Positions 29,215 to 38,577 are shown, counted from the first letter of the stretch. The stretch: DNA of 54,694 nucleotides from an uncultured Anaerolineaceae bacterium (GCA_964386185.1 CAYLRJ010000003.1:1-54694); one strand, 5' to 3'. Notes: generated from the sequence alone by a model not told the origin. Numbers and translations are program-made.

Positions 29215-29910
29215 ATGGATTTCGGTAAGGCTTTTTCTTTCGTTTTCGAAGATGATGGCTGGATTTCCAAACTGGTGATTGGCGGCCTTCTTTTGTTGAT
29301 CCCAATTGTTGGCGCATTGGTCGTGTTAGGGTGGGCGTTGGAAATTGGCCGCCGCGTGGCTTCGGGGCAAGAAAGCGACATCTTGCCCGATTGGAGCGAT
29401 TTTGGTACCTATTTGGTGCGGGGTCTCAAAGCTTTTGTGGTGATGTTTGTGTACGCGCTGCCCGTCATCATTTTGGAAAGCTGCCCGGTGGCCTTGGCAG
29501 CGTTGGCTTCAGGCACCGACAGTCAGAGCTTGGCCTCGCTTGCTCAGGCCATCAACTTGTTCGTGTATTGCATTGTCTTCGTGTATGAGATTTTCCTGCT
29601 CTTCATTGCCCCTGCAGCCTTGATGCGCTTCACCATGCAAGGCGACGACATCAAAGCCGGCTTGGCCTTTGGCGAAATCTTGGGCTTGGTCAAGGCCAAC
29701 GTGGGTGTGTATTTGATGGTGGTTTTGGGGCAAATTGTGGCTTATTTCGTGGGCGGCTTGGGCATCGTTGCCTGCGTGATTGGCCTGCTCTTCACCATTC
29801 CGTATGCTTACGCTGTGGTGGGCCACTTCTACGGCCAAGCCTATCGTGAGGTGGAAGGCGGCAACATTGTGAACGGCACCGCTGCCCCCGCTGGCGACTG
29901 GGTCGGCTAA
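29215..29910 (+). CDS. DUF4013-like membrane protein
   Basis: MDFGKAFSFVFEDDGWISKLVIGGLLLLIPIVG...LPDWSDFG...GLK pattern. Confidence 0.8.
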   Translation: MDFGKAFSFVFEDDGWISKLVIGGLLLLIPIVGALVVLGWALEIGRRVASGQESDILPDWSDFGTYLVRGLKAFVVMFVYALPVIILESCPVALAALASGTDSQSLASLAQAINLFVYCIVFVYEIFLLFIAPAALMRFTMQGDDIKAGLAFGEILGLVKANVGVYLMVVLGQIVAYFVGGLGIVACVIGLLFTIPYAYAVVGHFYGQAYREVEGGNIVNGTAAPAGDWVG

Positions 29911-29936
29911 TCGGCGCATCATTGCCATACCTTGAC

Positions 29937-29964
29937 AGCGCCCGCCTTGAGCGGGCGCTTTTTT
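29937..29964 (+). terminator. Intrinsic terminator
   Basis: AGCGCCCGC-CTTGA-GCGGGCGCT then TTTTT. Confidence 0.85.
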
Positions 29965-29965
29965 G

Positions 29966-29994
29966 TTGACGCGGTTCCACCTTTTTGATACAAT
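29966..29994 (+). promoter_or_regulatory. Promoter of rplI
   Basis: TTGACG, 17 bp spacer, extended TGA-TACAAT. Confidence 0.8.
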
Positions 29995-30070
29995 CCCTGC
30001 GCTTTGGCGTTGTACCCTTCGCCAAAGCCCGCGCACAGCGGAATCTCTCTTTTAGAAAGGGCTTGAAGCG

Positions 30071-30679
30071 ATGAAGGTGTTATTACTCAAAGACGTGTAC
30101 AAGTTAGGCCGAGCCGGCGAAGTGAAAAAGGTTGCCAATGGCTATGGCCGCAATTATCTCATCCCGCAAGGGTTGGCCATTCCCGCCACGCCCTCCGCGT
30201 TGAAAATGGCCGAGCGCATCAAAATCGAGGCCGAAAAGCAACGCAAGGTGCTCAACAAAGAATACAGCGGTTTGGCCGAACAGTTGGAAGAGACGGTCAT
30301 TTATTTTGCCGTCAAAGCCAGCGAACAAGGCAAACTCTACGGCTCGGTCAATGCGCAGCGGATTGCCGAAGCCCTCAATGAGCAACTGGGGCTGGAAGGC
30401 GAGCAGGCCATTCTCAAGCGGCAAGTGGATGTGCAACCCATTCGCTTTTTGGGCGAATACAAGGTGCCCATCCGCCTGACGATGGACTTGGTGCCGGAAA
30501 TCACGGTCATTGTCTATCGCGAAGGCGAAACGCCGCCGCAAGTTGGCGATTTTGCTGCGGCCGAAGCTGCGGCCGAGGCCGAAGCCGAAGCGGCTGCGGC
30601 TGCTGCCGAAGCCGCCCAAGAAGCCGAGGAAGCGATTGCCGAGGCTGGGCCTGCGGAAGAAACTTCGGAGACCGAGTAG
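30071..30679 (+). CDS. rplI: 50S ribosomal protein L9 with an acidic C-terminal tail
   Basis: [41 protein letters not shown]. Confidence 0.97.
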   Translation: MKVLLLKDVYKLGRAGEVKKVANGYGRNYLIPQGLAIPATPSALKMAERIKIEAEKQRKVLNKEYSGLAEQLEETVIYFAVKASEQGKLYGSVNAQRIAEALNEQLGLEGEQAILKRQVDVQPIRFLGEYKVPIRLTMDLVPEITVIVYREGETPPQVGDFAAAEAAAEAEAEAAAAAAEAAQEAEEAIAEAGPAEETSETE

Positions 30680-30691
30680 CCCTCACCCACC

Positions 30692-30720
30692 AAAACCGGC
30701 CTGAGCCCAGGCCGGTTTTT
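30692..30720 (+). terminator. Intrinsic terminator after rplI
   Basis: AAAACCGGCCTG-AGCC-CAGGCCGGTTTTT. Confidence 0.75.
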
Positions 30721-30727
30721 GCCTCTT

Positions 30728-32035
30728 ATGCCCTCTCAAATCGGTTTGTCTTTGCGAAAAGCCCGTCTGGCGCGTGGCCTCACGTTGGAACAGGCCGCTC
30801 GGGCTGTGCACATTAAGGCGCATTATCTCCAGGCTTTAGAAGAAGAGCGCTGGGAGAATCTGCCCTCGCGCGCGCAAGGACGGGGCTTTTTGCGTTTATA
30901 TGCCGATTTTTTGGGGTTAGATGCCGGCGCTTTGCTGCAGGCTTGGCCGACGCAGGCCGCAGCCCCGCCTGCCTCGGAGCCGGCCGAACCACCCAAGGCT
31001 GACGCGCCCGCCTCGGCCCCTGAGGCCCCTCAACCCACAGACGCAGCCGCCCCCGCTCCTTCCCCCCCGCCCGACCCCGCGCGCCCCATCTTCCTGGAAA
31101 TTGGCCGCACCTTCCGCCAGCAGCGCGAACAATTGGGGCTGGCCTTGGAAGAAGTGGAGCGCTACACCCACGTCAAACGCCACTACCTCCAAGCCATCGA
31201 AGACGGCCGTTTAGACGACCTCCCTTCGCCTGTACAAGGGCGGGGGATGTTGCTGCACTATGCGCGTTTTTTGCAGCTGGACCCAGAACCGCTGCTTTTG
31301 CAATTTGCCGAAGCCCTGCAAGCCCGCCATCGGCAGCGGCAGGCCCCACCTCAGAAGCGAAGGGTGGGGGTCAACGGCACCTGGTTGCGCAAAGCCCAAG
31401 CCTTCTTTGCCGATCGGCTGCTGGTTTGGCTGGTGGTGTTGATCCTGGTGGCCGTGGTGGGCGTTGGGGGGTGGCAGGTGGTTCGGGCCACACGCGCGCA
31501 ACCCGTTCAGCCCACGCCGCCCAACGTCATGGATGTGCTTTTCCCGTCGCCTACGCTTTCCCCAACGCCGGTGCCGCCCACGGCCACGCCCACCCCGCCG
31601 GTGCCCGGCCTGGCGCCGCCAGGCGGCGAACAGCCTGCCCCCGCAACAAACGAGCCGAACCAAGTGCCGCAGACCAACGCCCCCGTTCAGGTGTTTTTCG
31701 TGGCGCAACATCGCGCCTGGGTGCGTGTGATTGCCGATGGCGAAACCGTCTTTCAGGGGCTGGTTGTGCCGGGCGCTTCGTACAACTATACCGCACAGAC
31801 CCGTTTGGAACTCCTCACCGGCGACGGCAGCGCCCTCCAAGTGATTTACAATCAGCAAAATTTGGGGCTGCTTGGGCGTCTGGGCGAAGTGGTGGATCGG
31901 GTGTTTACCCCTCTGGGCGTCCAAACGCCAACGCCAACGGTGACCCCCACCCCGACAATTACCCCGACCCCCACCATAACCCCCACCCCGACCGTGACGC
32001 CCTCGCCGACGGCCACGGTAGGCACATTGCCGTAA
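30728..32035 (+). CDS. RodZ-like protein with two N-terminal HTH domains, a TM segment and a DUF4115-like domain
   Basis: Two LRKARLARGLTLE/FRQQREQLGLALE...YLQALE...RGFLRLYA-type repeats; AWVRVIADGETVFQG; lies before rimO. Confidence 0.8.
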   Translation: MPSQIGLSLRKARLARGLTLEQAARAVHIKAHYLQALEEERWENLPSRAQGRGFLRLYADFLGLDAGALLQAWPTQAAAPPASEPAEPPKADAPASAPEAPQPTDAAAPAPSPPPDPARPIFLEIGRTFRQQREQLGLALEEVERYTHVKRHYLQAIEDGRLDDLPSPVQGRGMLLHYARFLQLDPEPLLLQFAEALQARHRQRQAPPQKRRVGVNGTWLRKAQAFFADRLLVWLVVLILVAVVGVGGWQVVRATRAQPVQPTPPNVMDVLFPSPTLSPTPVPPTATPTPPVPGLAPPGGEQPAPATNEPNQVPQTNAPVQVFFVAQHRAWVRVIADGETVFQGLVVPGASYNYTAQTRLELLTGDGSALQVIYNQQNLGLLGRLGEVVDRVFTPLGVQTPTPTVTPTPTITPTPTITPTPTVTPSPTATVGTLP

Positions 32036-32044
32036 GGTGTTTTT

Positions 32045-33382
32045 ATGAAAACTTTTTCTATTGTGTCGCTGGGTTGCGCGAAAAACACCGTTGATGCCGA
32101 TTCAATGGCGCAATTGCTCCACCGCGAAGGCTACCGCCCCACAGATGAGCCCGCAGAAGCCGACGTCGTCATCGTCAACACCTGCGGCTTCATCCAAGCC
32201 GCGCGGGAAGAGTCGCTGGATGTGCTCCAAACATTCGCCCAAGCCAAACGGCCGGGGCAGTTCCTCATTGCCGCAGGCTGCCTGACCCAACGCTATGGCG
32301 CCGACGTGGCGCGCCAAGTGCCCGGCGTGGATGCCATTTTGGGCACACGGCGTTGGATGGACATCGTTGACGTGGTGCGCCGCTTGGGGCGTCAGGGGCA
32401 CCCCAAACCTTTGTTCCACCTCCCTGACGCGCCCACCGTGGGCCGCGACGAACGGGGAACCGCCCGGGTGACCATCCAAGGCGGAAGCGCCTATCTCAAA
32501 ATCGCCGATGGGTGCCGCCGAAAATGTGCTTTTTGCGCCATCCCTCTTATCAAGGGCACGCTGGTCTCACGGCCGAAGGAAGCCATCTTGGAAGATGCGC
32601 GGCTGTTGCAAGAGCACGGCGTGCAGGAAATTGTGCTCATCGCACAAGATACCACCGATTACGGCCACGACCGCGGTGAGCGCGACGGCCTGGCTTCCCT
32701 TTTGGAAGACCTGGTGGCCGCTGTGCCCGACGTGCCCTGGATTCGGGTGATGTATGCCTTCCCTGGCTATGTCACCGATCACCTCATCGAGGTGATGGCT
32801 TCGCACCCCCAAATCGTGCCTTATTTGGATTTGCCGTTGCAGCACGCCCACCCCGCCACCTTGCGGCGCATGCAGAGGCCGGCAAACTTGGCATGGGTGG
32901 ATCGGACTTTGGAAAAGGTGCGGCAAGCCATGCCAGACGTGGCCTTGCGCACCACATTCATCGTGGGCTATCCGGGAGAGACCGAAGAGGAATTCCAAAC
33001 ATTGCTGGATTTCATCACCGAGGTGCGTTTCGACCGGTTGGGCGCGTTTCAATTTTCTTTTGAGCCGGGCACGCCCAGCGAACCTTTGGGCGACCCCATC
33101 CCCGCGGAGGTCAAACAAGCCCGTTGGGAAGCCCTCATGGCGCGGCAGCAAGAAATCTCGCTGGCTAAAAATCAGCAGTTTGTTGGGCGCACGCTGGCGG
33201 TGCTGGTGGAAGGATACGACGCCGAGGCAGGCATTTCCATCGGCCGCACCTATCGGGATGCGCCGGAGATTGACGGGCTGGTCTTGGTCGAGGGGAAGTT
33301 GCCGGTGGGGCAGTTGGCCTCGGTGCGCATTACGGGCGCCATGCCCTATGATTTGACCGGCGTGCCCCAAGAGGAAGTTTGA
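32045..33382 (+). CDS. rimO: Ribosomal protein S12 methylthiotransferase
   Basis: SLGCAKNTVD, NTCGFI, AYLKIADGCRRKCAFCAIP, LDLPLQH, APEIDG (TRAM domain). Confidence 0.95.
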   Translation: MKTFSIVSLGCAKNTVDADSMAQLLHREGYRPTDEPAEADVVIVNTCGFIQAAREESLDVLQTFAQAKRPGQFLIAAGCLTQRYGADVARQVPGVDAILGTRRWMDIVDVVRRLGRQGHPKPLFHLPDAPTVGRDERGTARVTIQGGSAYLKIADGCRRKCAFCAIPLIKGTLVSRPKEAILEDARLLQEHGVQEIVLIAQDTTDYGHDRGERDGLASLLEDLVAAVPDVPWIRVMYAFPGYVTDHLIEVMASHPQIVPYLDLPLQHAHPATLRRMQRPANLAWVDRTLEKVRQAMPDVALRTTFIVGYPGETEEEFQTLLDFITEVRFDRLGAFQFSFEPGTPSEPLGDPIPAEVKQARWEALMARQQEISLAKNQQFVGRTLAVLVEGYDAEAGISIGRTYRDAPEIDGLVLVEGKLPVGQLASVRITGAMPYDLTGVPQEEV

Positions 33383-33402
33383 GGTAAACAATCGGGAGGT
33401 GG

Positions 33403-34395
33403 ATGGTGAATTTTTCTTCCGTCGAAGTCCGCTTTGCGGTGGAAGCCGCGCGGGCGGCTGCGGGGTTGGTGCAGCGCATTCAGCGCGATTTGGCTGCCGA
33501 GGCCCTGACCAAGAACGACCGCTCGCCCGTTACGGTAGCCGATTTTGCCGCGCAAGCCGTGGTGGCGGCCAAGTTGGCCGAGGCTTTCCCGCAAGAGACG
33601 TTGGTAGCCGAAGAGGCATCCGCAGCGCTGCGCAGCCCCGACCATGCCGACGTGACGGCCAAGGTGGTGGCTTATGTGCAGTCGCTGTTTCCCCAGGCCG
33701 ATGCTGAGACCGTGTTGCAGTGGATTGACCGTGGGGCAGCCCCGGCGCGGGGGCGGTTTTGGGTGTTGGATCCCATTGATGGCACCAAGGGCTTTTTGCG
33801 CGGAGATCAATACGCGGTGGCGTTGGCGCTGGTGGAAGAAGGGCAGGTGACGCTGGGAGTGTTGGCGTGCCCCAATTTGGAGGCGGGGCGCGAGCCCGCG
33901 AAGCACGGCGAAGGTACCCTGGCGCTGGCGGTGCGCGGGGCAGGGGCGCGCTGGGCGCCTTTGCAGCACCCGACCTCGTGGCAGCCGTTGCGGGTTTCTG
34001 ATGAAGATGACCCCGCTCGGGCGCGTTTGCTGCGTTCTTTCGAGAGCAGCCACACCAACGCAGGCCAAATTGAAGCCGTGGCTCGGGCATTGGGCACCCA
34101 GGCGGAGCCCGTGCGGATGGATAGCCAAGCCAAATACGCGGTGTTGGCCGCGGGCGGCGCCGAGGTTTATTTGCGTTTGCTTTCGCCCGCCAAACCCGAT
34201 TATCGTGAGAAAATTTGGGACCAGGCCGCGGGCGCACTGCTCGTAGAAGAGGCCGGGGGCCGAGTGACCGATTTGGATGGCAAGCCTTTGGACTTCTCGG
34301 CTGGGCGTCGTCTGGAGCGCAACCGCGGCGTGGTAGCGACCAACGGCCTTTTGCACGCGGCGGTGTTAGAAGCCTTGCGTGCTGTGGGCGCGTGA
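33403..34395 (+). CDS. 3'(2'),5'-bisphosphate nucleotidase, HAL2/SAL1-type (inositol monophosphatase superfamily)
   Basis: KNDRSPVTVADFAAQA, WVLDPIDGTKGFLRGDQYAV, RMDSQAKY, EKIWDQAAG. Confidence 0.88.
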   Translation: MVNFSSVEVRFAVEAARAAAGLVQRIQRDLAAEALTKNDRSPVTVADFAAQAVVAAKLAEAFPQETLVAEEASAALRSPDHADVTAKVVAYVQSLFPQADAETVLQWIDRGAAPARGRFWVLDPIDGTKGFLRGDQYAVALALVEEGQVTLGVLACPNLEAGREPAKHGEGTLALAVRGAGARWAPLQHPTSWQPLRVSDEDDPARARLLRSFESSHTNAGQIEAVARALGTQAEPVRMDSQAKYAVLAAGGAEVYLRLLSPAKPDYREKIWDQAAGALLVEEAGGRVTDLDGKPLDFSAGRRLERNRGVVATNGLLHAAVLEALRAVGA

Positions 34396-34422
34396 ATTGG
34401 CTTTTGACCAAGGTGAGCAGGT

Positions 34423-35967
34423 ATGGCGCTGAAGCAGTTTTTGCGCGCGTACCGCTGGGAGGCCGTGGCGCTGTTGTGGAGCGTCATCGCGGTCGCGGGG
34501 TCGCTGTGGGTGTCGGCCCAGGTATATGAAGGCTTGCCTCACCTGGAAGACGAAATCGCGTATTGGTGGCAGGCGCAAGTCGTTGCCCACGGCCAGCTCA
34601 CTGCGCCGACACCTCCCGGAGACCCCCAGAGCTTCCTCATCCCCTTTGTGGTGGATGTGCATGGCCGGCGGTTTGCGAAATATCCTTTGGGGTGGCCAGT
34701 GGTGTTGGGGCTGGGGATGCGTTTGGGCCATCCGGCTTGGGCCAACGCGTTGCTGGCCGGCTTGGCCGTATGGCTGACGTTTCGTTTGGGGGCGCTGTTA
34801 TGGCGGCCCGAAGTGGGTGTGTTGGCCGCTGCGCTGACGCTGACATCGCCGTTTTTTTGGGTCAACAGTGGATCGTTGCTTTCGCATCCGTTGGGGCTGG
34901 CGTTGAGTGCGGCGTTTGCCGTGCTTTGGCTCTCGTGGGCGCGGGCCGAGGTTGAGGCTTTCCCGAGATGGATGCCGTGGCTGACGGGTGCGACGTTGGG
35001 CGCATTGGCGTTGACGCGGCCGTGGACGGCGGTTGGGGTGGCGCTGCCGTTTGTGTTTCACGGCCTGTGGTTGTTGTGGCGCGGCCCGCGCGCAAAGCGG
35101 AAGGCGGCTTTGCAAGTGGCCGCTGTTGCAGCGGCTGTGGCCGGCCTGCATTTTGTGTGGCAGTGGGCTGTCACAGGCAACCCGTGGTGCAACCCTTACA
35201 CTTTGTGGTGGCCTTATGATAAAGTGGGGTTTGGCCCCACGGTTGGCGTCAGTGGGCATACCTTGCATCAAGCCTGGCTCAACACCCGCTTTAGCTTGGA
35301 AGTGGGCCTGGGCGATTTGTTTGGTTGGGGCCGCTTTTCGTGGATTTTCATCCCATTTGGCCTGTGGGCGGCGCGACAAAAGCCCGACGCGTGGCCGGTG
35401 TTGGCCGTCTTCCCTGCTTTGGTGTTGGTGTATGGGGCCTATTGGGTGGGTGCGTGGCTGTTCGGACCGCGGTATTATTATGAAGGCTTGTATAGCCTGA
35501 CATTGCTCACCGCGGTCGGCATCTTTTGGTTGGCTGGGTGGCCGCTGCGTGTGGCCCGCAAAGCCGCGGCCGCGTTCCCTCGCCGCAGGGCGGCGGTTTG
35601 GCGCTCGGCGGTGGTGGTAGGGCTGGTGGGTTTTTTGGTGGCTGCCAATGCTCTGTGGTATTTGCCGCGCCGTTTGGAAATGATGCACGGCCTTTATGGC
35701 ATCACCCGCGAACGCTTGGCGCCTTTCCTGACCCCAGAAGCCCAGGCGTTGACGCCCGCGGTGGTGCTGGTCGAAACCGACCATTGGATGGCTTATGGCG
35801 CGTTGCTTTCTCTGGAAGACCCTTGGTTGACCACGCCTTTCATTTTTGCTTGGAGTCGGGGGCCTTCCGCCGATGCCCGAGTGCGGGCTGCGTTTCCTGA
35901 GCGTCGCGCGATTCGTTATAATCCTGATTATCCGTACCGTTTTGTGCTGATTGTTCCTCCTTCGTGA
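34423..35967 (+). CDS. GT-C fold membrane glycosyltransferase (ArnT/PMT-like)
   Basis: Acidic HLEDEIAY loop after TM1, many TM segments, GPRYYYE. Confidence 0.7.
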   Translation: MALKQFLRAYRWEAVALLWSVIAVAGSLWVSAQVYEGLPHLEDEIAYWWQAQVVAHGQLTAPTPPGDPQSFLIPFVVDVHGRRFAKYPLGWPVVLGLGMRLGHPAWANALLAGLAVWLTFRLGALLWRPEVGVLAAALTLTSPFFWVNSGSLLSHPLGLALSAAFAVLWLSWARAEVEAFPRWMPWLTGATLGALALTRPWTAVGVALPFVFHGLWLLWRGPRAKRKAALQVAAVAAAVAGLHFVWQWAVTGNPWCNPYTLWWPYDKVGFGPTVGVSGHTLHQAWLNTRFSLEVGLGDLFGWGRFSWIFIPFGLWAARQKPDAWPVLAVFPALVLVYGAYWVGAWLFGPRYYYEGLYSLTLLTAVGIFWLAGWPLRVARKAAAAFPRRRAAVWRSAVVVGLVGFLVAANALWYLPRRLEMMHGLYGITRERLAPFLTPEAQALTPAVVLVETDHWMAYGALLSLEDPWLTTPFIFAWSRGPSADARVRAAFPERRAIRYNPDYPYRFVLIVPPS

Positions 35968-36013
35968 CCGTATCTTCCAGCGCAAATCGGCGTCCTAATA
36001 GGTAGGAAGTCCT

Positions 36014-36577
36014 ATGGCACAACAACCCGATGAAGCACAATTACTCCGTGCTGCCCGTTCGTGGGATATGGATGCGTTGGCCACAATTTACGATGTTTAT
36101 AGCCCGATGATTTACCGCTATGCGATGCGGTTGTTGGGCTCAGAAGACCTGGCAGAAGAATGTGTGGCCGAGACATTCGCTCGGTTCCTGCAGGCGCTTC
36201 GCAATGGCGGAGGCCCCAAGGAACATCTCAAAGCTTACCTTTATCGGGTGGCTCACAATTGGATTACCGATTACTACCGCCGTCAACCCCCGCCGCAAGT
36301 GGATTTGGATTTGCTGGACAATGTCTTGACCGACACCGATGAGTCCTTAGGTGGGCGTGTGGCGGCGCAAGAGGAGCAAGAGCGGGTTCGAGCCGCTCTG
36401 CGCCTGTTGACACCGGATCAGCGTCAGGTGATTGTGCTGAGATTTTTGGAAGAATGGAGTCTGAAGGAAGTGGCCGAAGCCTTGCAAAAGCCCGTGGGCG
36501 CCGTCAAAGCGTTACAACATCGGGCCTTGGCCGCTTTGCGCCGCGTGCTTTCAGAGGAGGAACTGCATCATGGCTGA
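36014..36577 (+). CDS. ECF RNA polymerase sigma factor
   Basis: 187 aa; IYRYA...AEECVAETF, AYLYRVAHN, LTPDQRQVIVLRF...VKALQHRALAALRR. Confidence 0.93.
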   Translation: MAQQPDEAQLLRAARSWDMDALATIYDVYSPMIYRYAMRLLGSEDLAEECVAETFARFLQALRNGGGPKEHLKAYLYRVAHNWITDYYRRQPPPQVDLDLLDNVLTDTDESLGGRVAAQEEQERVRAALRLLTPDQRQVIVLRFLEEWSLKEVAEALQKPVGAVKALQHRALAALRRVLSEEELHHG

Positions 36578-38279
36578 TGAACTTGATCCCCGCTTGCGTG
36601 CCCACCTGGAAGCCCTGCGAGACGTTCCCCCGCGGGACCCTGAACGCGCGGTGCAGGGCAGGGCACAATTCCTGCGCCTGGCAGAGAGCATGAAGCCCGC
36701 CCACCTGCCCAATCAGGCCGCTTCTTCCCAAAAAGCCGTATCCTCAGGGCTTTTTGGGCGTCTAAAAGGGTGGATAGAGCAAACAAACCACCCACGAAAG
36801 GAGGGCCTGAAAATGGCTAATCTACTCGTTGCTATCCTCATGGCAATCAGTGTAATTTTTGGTGGCGGTGCTGCGACCGCCTACGCGTCGCAAGATGCGC
36901 TTCCGGGCGACGCTTTGTATCCCGTCAAGACGATGGTTGAGCAGGCTGAATTGATGCTCACCACCGACCCTCAACAGAAAGCGGAACTCCATGTGGAGTT
37001 TGCCCAACGCCGAGTGGCTGAAATTCAAGCGCTGGTGGCCGAAGGCCGGTTGGATATGGTGCCGGAGGTCAGCCAAAACTTGGAACAGCACCTGCAGAAA
37101 GCCGAACAACTGGCGACCCAACTGGCCAAGGAAGGCCATCCTGATGCTGCCGCTCGGGTAGCCGTCATGCTGGCCAACACCAGCCGCATGGTCGAACGAG
37201 TGGCCGAACAGGCACCGCCTCAGGCCCAAAGCGCGATGCGCTATGTGGAACAGATGACCAACCAGGTCACCGAGCGGGTTCGCACCGAAGCCCAAAAGAT
37301 GTCGGCAATGGCCCAGACGTTCCACATCAACGGGGCTGTGGAAGCCATCGAAGACGGTGCCTGGGTTGTGAACGGCCAAACCATCATCGTCAACGATCAG
37401 ACGAACATCGAAGGTGAATTCCAGGTTGGCGATTCGGTTGCAGTGAGCGGCTATGTGGATCCTGAAGGCCAATGGATCGCCGTGCAAATCCGCCCTGCCA
37501 ACCCCATGCACCAGAGCCCCGCGACCGTCCACTTCAGCGGCATCATCGAAGACATCACCGACACCCAATGGACGATCGCCGGCCAGCAAGTGACCATCGT
37601 GCCTGAAACCAAGATCAAAGGCGAATTCCAGGTTGGTGACACCGTGAGTGTGGAAGCCGCTGTGGACCCCGACGGCACCCTGGTGGCCATCGCCATCAAA
37701 CCTGCCGGCGAAGCCAAACCGCAACCCAAGATGATCTCCTTCCAGGGTGCAGTTGAAGCCCAAAACGACGGCGAGTGGATTGTGGACGGCAAGAGCGTGG
37801 CCATCACCGCTAACACCAAGATGCAAGATGGTATCCAGGTTGGCGACACCGTGATGGTGGTCGCAAGCGAAAACGCCGACGGCACGCTGGAAGCCAAATC
37901 CATCATGCTGATCGCTCACCGTGAGAAACACGAAAACCAAGGCGAAACCCCCTCGCCGATGCCCACCCAAAAACCGAATACGCCGACCGAAAAACCCACT
38001 GAAAAACCCACCGAAAAACCCCGCTCGCAGATGACCATCAAAGGTGCCCTGATGGCACAAAACGGCGACACCTGGATCGTGAATGGCTACACCGTCAAAG
38101 TGACGGCCCAGACCCAAATGCTGAACAGCGTGCGCCTGGGCGACCAAATCAGCGTGGTAGCGCTCGACAACGGTGATGGCACCTACACAGCCCTGAGCGT
38201 TGCCCTGATGGGCGGCATGGACAATCACAGCAGCACCTCGACGCCCACTGAAATGCCCCACGACGGGATTCACCACTAA
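36570..38279 (+). CDS. Probable anti-sigma factor with a TM segment, a DUF5667-like domain and four DUF5666-like repeats
   Basis: Overlaps the ECF stop; ALPGDALYPVK...E; four ~60-aa G.VE.I...W.V.G...T.I...QVGD.V.V repeats. Confidence 0.8.
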   Translation: MADELDPRLRAHLEALRDVPPRDPERAVQGRAQFLRLAESMKPAHLPNQAASSQKAVSSGLFGRLKGWIEQTNHPRKEGLKMANLLVAILMAISVIFGGGAATAYASQDALPGDALYPVKTMVEQAELMLTTDPQQKAELHVEFAQRRVAEIQALVAEGRLDMVPEVSQNLEQHLQKAEQLATQLAKEGHPDAAARVAVMLANTSRMVERVAEQAPPQAQSAMRYVEQMTNQVTERVRTEAQKMSAMAQTFHINGAVEAIEDGAWVVNGQTIIVNDQTNIEGEFQVGDSVAVSGYVDPEGQWIAVQIRPANPMHQSPATVHFSGIIEDITDTQWTIAGQQVTIVPETKIKGEFQVGDTVSVEAAVDPDGTLVAIAIKPAGEAKPQPKMISFQGAVEAQNDGEWIVDGKSVAITANTKMQDGIQVGDTVMVVASENADGTLEAKSIMLIAHREKHENQGETPSPMPTQKPNTPTEKPTEKPTEKPRSQMTIKGALMAQNGDTWIVNGYTVKVTAQTQMLNSVRLGDQISVVALDNGDGTYTALSVALMGGMDNHSSTSTPTEMPHDGIHH

Positions 38280-38324
38280 ACCACCAAGGTTTATCCCCCC
38301 ACACGGTCTGCTTCTCCCCTACGG

Positions 38325-38360
38325 AACAACCGCCTCCTCACCGGAGGCGGTTGTTTTTTT
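38325..38360 (+). terminator. Intrinsic terminator of the ECF operon
   Basis: AACAACCGCCTCC-TCACC-GGAGGCGGTTGTT then TTTTT. Confidence 0.85.
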
Positions 38361-38373
38361 GGCCCAATGCAAC

Positions 38374-38482
38374 GCCCCCAGACAGGCAACCCGACGGCAC
38401 CCAACGGATCCTCCTTAGGGCTGCTTCCTTTCGGACCTGACCCGGTTCGGAGGGCGTTGCCGCGTCGGACCCATCCGGGGGC
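38374..38482 (-). ncRNA. ffs: Signal recognition particle RNA (small 4.5S type)
   Basis: Minus strand contains the domain IV core GGGTCAGGTCCGAAAGGAAGCAGCCCT; ends GCCCCCGGATGGG and CCTGTCTGGGGGC pair. Confidence 0.93.
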
Positions 38483-38488
38483 CCCCCA

Positions 38489-38518
38489 AGCATACCGCAA
38501 AGCGTGGCTTTTTGTCAA
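38489..38518 (-). promoter_or_regulatory. Promoter of the SRP RNA
   Basis: TTGACA, 18 bp spacer, TATGCT on the minus strand; predicted start matches the SRP 5' end. Confidence 0.75.
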
Positions 38519-38548
38519 TCCCTGCGCCCAGTTTCCCCGCCGATTTCA

Positions 38549-38577
38549 TGGACGAATTCCCAGCCTCATGATATACT
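38549..38577 (+). promoter_or_regulatory. Promoter of rpsB-tsf
   Basis: TGGACG, 17 bp spacer, extended TGA-TATACT. Confidence 0.8.
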
